IMG/VR virus record: IMGVR_UViG_2698536559_000017
Strand: one strand, 5' to 3'
Length of the DNA: 7,566 nucleotides
DNA from: a virus
Taxonomy: Duplodnaviria; Heunggongvirae; Uroviricota; Caudoviricetes
The position numbers were made by a program, and so were the translations under genes. The notes below the pieces were generated by a model. That model was not told where the DNA came from, searched no databases, and saw only the letters and a list, made by a program, of their open reading frames with translations. Below, piece by piece: positions 5,607 through 7,566 of this stretch; position 1 is the stretch's first letter, and each line of letters opens with the position of its first letter.

Positions 5607-5629
5607 GGTGATACGTTGTTGGAGGTATC

Positions 5630-5803
5630 ATGAAAACAAAAAACGTAAGGGCCGTACTTCTGGCCCGTGAACAGATAGAGCGCCTTGAGCGGATCCGCAA
5701 CGACGAAGCTGCACGCTCAGCCTACGGCATCAGACCAACCATTCACGAAGTAGCCAGAAAACTCATTGATGAAGCGCTGAATAAAGGGAGCTGTAATGCC
5801 TGA
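5630..5803 (+). CDS. small protein (57 aa), first gene of the operon; possible DNA-binding regulator
   Basis: Not in the ORF track because it is under 60 aa. ATG 5630 has GGAGG 6 nt upstream. It translates to MKTKNVRAVLLAREQIERLERIRNDEAARSAYGIRPTIHEVARKLIDEALNKGSCNA. The stop at 5801..5803 overlaps the next ORF's ATG 5796. The helical, charged character suggests a small regulator or antitoxin-like protein, but no family is recognised. Confidence 0.55.
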   Translation: MKTKNVRAVLLAREQIERLERIRNDEAARSAYGIRPTIHEVARKLIDEALNKGSCNA

Positions 5804-6656
5804 TTTTTTTGGTTATTCGCAATACCTGGGGATCAAGGGTATTTCGCACCTTCTGGGGGGAAGGAGGAAATCCGGAAAAAAATCAAAAAACGCCTCACAG
5901 GCGGCAGTCGGCCAGCAGCCATCAGCTCGCCATAATGCAAAATCCAGGAACAAAGAGGAAAACAACGTGAAAATGTCTTTTTTACATCTCAACAAGGGCC
6001 GTCATGCTGGCGCGGACAACTCTGGCGATACCGTTAATCAGCCTGATGTTCCTGACATCAGCGAAGTAAAGGGCGCTGAATCCCTCTTTCGCAGCAACGA
6101 GCCTGAACCGTTACCCAAAAAACACACACGGGAACATAACGTTTCCGTTTCGGAGGAAGCAAAAAGTAATCCGGTTCTTGCTCTCCGACTTCTGCGGACA
6201 ACCGACCTGAAATCATCCGTCATCATCAAAAAACTACGCGAAGAACCCGAGGCTATTACCGCTTTCACTGAACGGCACATGACAGAGAATTCACCGGAAT
6301 GGGAGTTCGTCAGCGATGAAGACAAAGCCCGTCAGGCGATGATTTATTCGATGGTTAACGATGACAGCAACGGCTATAGTTCCGGCAAGACCGCAGCGCT
6401 GAAAGTGCTGGATGGAATGCGCGACAACTACATAACACAGTCTGAGTTTGATCTCTCGCTGGCGCTTTACAGGGAAAACAACCCTGAAACCCGTCGTATA
6501 GAGGCCAAAAAACTACAGGAGGAATATGCCCGAAAAGCTGCCCGCGAACACGTCAGATACCACCAGGAACTGAAAAAAATCGGACAACAGGTTTCACCGG
6601 ATGACCTGGATGAAGACAAGGTTTACGAAGCCATGAAGCAAAGGTACGCAATATGA
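5796..6656 (+). CDS. hypothetical protein (286 aa), paralog A of the pair; Lys/Arg/Ser-rich N-terminal extension
   Basis: Open frame of 286 codons, with its start overlapping the upstream stop. The first ~59 aa are low-complexity and basic; an internal ATG at 5973 is preceded by GAGGA and is an alternative start. Residues about 125..215 are paralogous to ORF 6653..7315. Confidence 0.7.
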   Translation: MPDFFGYSQYLGIKGISHLLGGRRKSGKKSKNASQAAVGQQPSARHNAKSRNKEENNVKMSFLHLNKGRHAGADNSGDTVNQPDVPDISEVKGAESLFRSNEPEPLPKKHTREHNVSVSEEAKSNPVLALRLLRTTDLKSSVIIKKLREEPEAITAFTERHMTENSPEWEFVSDEDKARQAMIYSMVNDDSNGYSSGKTAALKVLDGMRDNYITQSEFDLSLALYRENNPETRRIEAKKLQEEYARKAAREHVRYHQELKKIGQQVSPDDLDEDKVYEAMKQRYAI

Positions 6657-7315
6657 TATCCAGCCAGCGCCCAGATGAGCAAAGCCCTTTTGCCATTGCG
6701 TCGCCGCCTTATTCAGGCGGCCCCCTCAGTGGCTGGCAATACCATTCAGTCGCACAGGATGACGAGCATGAAGGCGGGCTGGCATCCGTCAGAAAATCAA
6801 ATCCGGCGCACTGCATAGCCACGCATCCGAAGGCAAGGCATAACCCTGTCCTGGCCTTTCATCTCATTCAGTCGGGGGCTAATTTTGCTTATGCAGACAA
6901 ACAACTCAATAACAGTCCCCGCAAACTTTCCGGCTTTACGGATCGTTTTATGGAACGACGGGTGAGCGGCTGGGAACTTTTTTCAGATGAAGAACGCAAC
7001 CTTGCAGCCTTTGCCCGTTCAACATCATTCAACGACGATAACGGCTATATGGCCTCCATGCGTGCCGCTGAAAGGGCACTACAGCGTTATGTTATCCCGC
7101 TAACGCTTAACGAGATGGTCAGGAAAGCCAAAGCCCTTTATGACGATCAGCATCAGGCACAGATTGACGCAGGCCACCAGAGACTGAAACAGATGTTTGA
7201 GAACATGGGATATACCTGGACACCACCGGAAGATCAGAAAGAACCTGACGGTGAAGTAAACAGAAATCCCCAGTATACAGGTGTTTATTTTCGGGATATG
7301 AGTACAGGAATATGA
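6653..7315 (+). CDS. hypothetical protein (220 aa), paralog B of the pair
   Basis: ATG 6653 overlaps the upstream stop (ATGA). Shared motifs with paralog A are NPVLA, FT[ED]R[HF]M, W-E-[FL]-[VF]-SDE-[DE] and NDD-[SN]-GY. No recognised family. Confidence 0.7.
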   Translation: MISSQRPDEQSPFAIASPPYSGGPLSGWQYHSVAQDDEHEGGLASVRKSNPAHCIATHPKARHNPVLAFHLIQSGANFAYADKQLNNSPRKLSGFTDRFMERRVSGWELFSDEERNLAAFARSTSFNDDNGYMASMRAAERALQRYVIPLTLNEMVRKAKALYDDQHQAQIDAGHQRLKQMFENMGYTWTPPEDQKEPDGEVNRNPQYTGVYFRDMSTGI

Positions 7316-7566
7316 GCAGATACAGAAAAAACAAAGTTGTTGCCTCCGGCCTTGCTGAAAGCTGGATGCTTGCGGCGAAAAAAGTCACCGATCGCGTGTT
7401 TGGTGAAGGGTATGCAAACGCACACCCCGAACTGATAAGCGCATTCATGACAACGGCGGCGACAAGCTTTGCCACACTGAACGGTCGTGAGGCAGCCGAA
7501 GCAGCTGAGCTTGTCAGTATTAACGTGAAGTGTGACAGCGGCACGCTGACTGATGAACGGGGTTGA
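7312..7566 (+). CDS. hypothetical small protein (84 aa), fourth coupled gene; intact copy of the fragment at 3642..3782
   Basis: ATG 7312 overlaps the upstream stop (ATGA). The stop TGA at 7564..7566 coincides with the window end. Product is MSRYRKNKVVASGLAESWMLAAKKVTDRVFGEGYANAHPELISAFMTTAATSFATLNGREAAEAAELVSINVKCDSGTLTDERG. Confidence 0.6.
   Translation: MSRYRKNKVVASGLAESWMLAAKKVTDRVFGEGYANAHPELISAFMTTAATSFATLNGREAAEAAELVSINVKCDSGTLTDERG

Noticed and set aside
5813-6325. Minus-strand ORFs 5813..5995 and 6038..6325 inside paralog A
   Set aside because: Antisense to a coupled operon gene, with no independent support.

Overview
This window looks like the replication and accessory region of a P4-type satellite prophage or integrative element from an enterobacterial genome; nothing here was searched against a database, so all family assignments rest on motif recognition. 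Left part: a minus-strand ribbon-helix-helix-like regulator (58..363) faces a plus-strand operon across an intergenic switch carrying two TGTAAG-N16/17-CTTACA palindromes. That operon encodes an Icd-like small protein, two AT-rich unknown ORFs and a 605-610 aa P4 alpha-like replication protein (D5_N plus SF3-type NTPase, Walker A GPGGSGKS). Immediately 3' of it lies an array of TGTTCACC/GGTGAACA octamer iterons (3210..3438), the P4 ori/crr iteron type. Right part: a perfect tandem 95-bp duplication holding a decayed gene fragment, then a plus-strand operon for a 98-aa unknown, a divergent SSB (C-terminal DFDDDLPF tail), a ProQ/FinO-domain protein and a PerC-like small regulator, closed by back-to-back intrinsic terminators. 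The last block is a translationally coupled four-gene operon (57 aa, 286 aa, 220 aa, 84 aa) behind a palindromic operator-like site; the two middle genes are paralogs with no function I can recognise, and this is the best candidate for an undescribed accessory system. The 3' part of the 84-aa gene is homologous to the decayed fragment at 3642..3782, so direct repeats bracket the roughly 3.6-kb SSB/FinO/PerC cargo segment. No tRNA, rRNA, CRISPR array or integrase is visible in the window.
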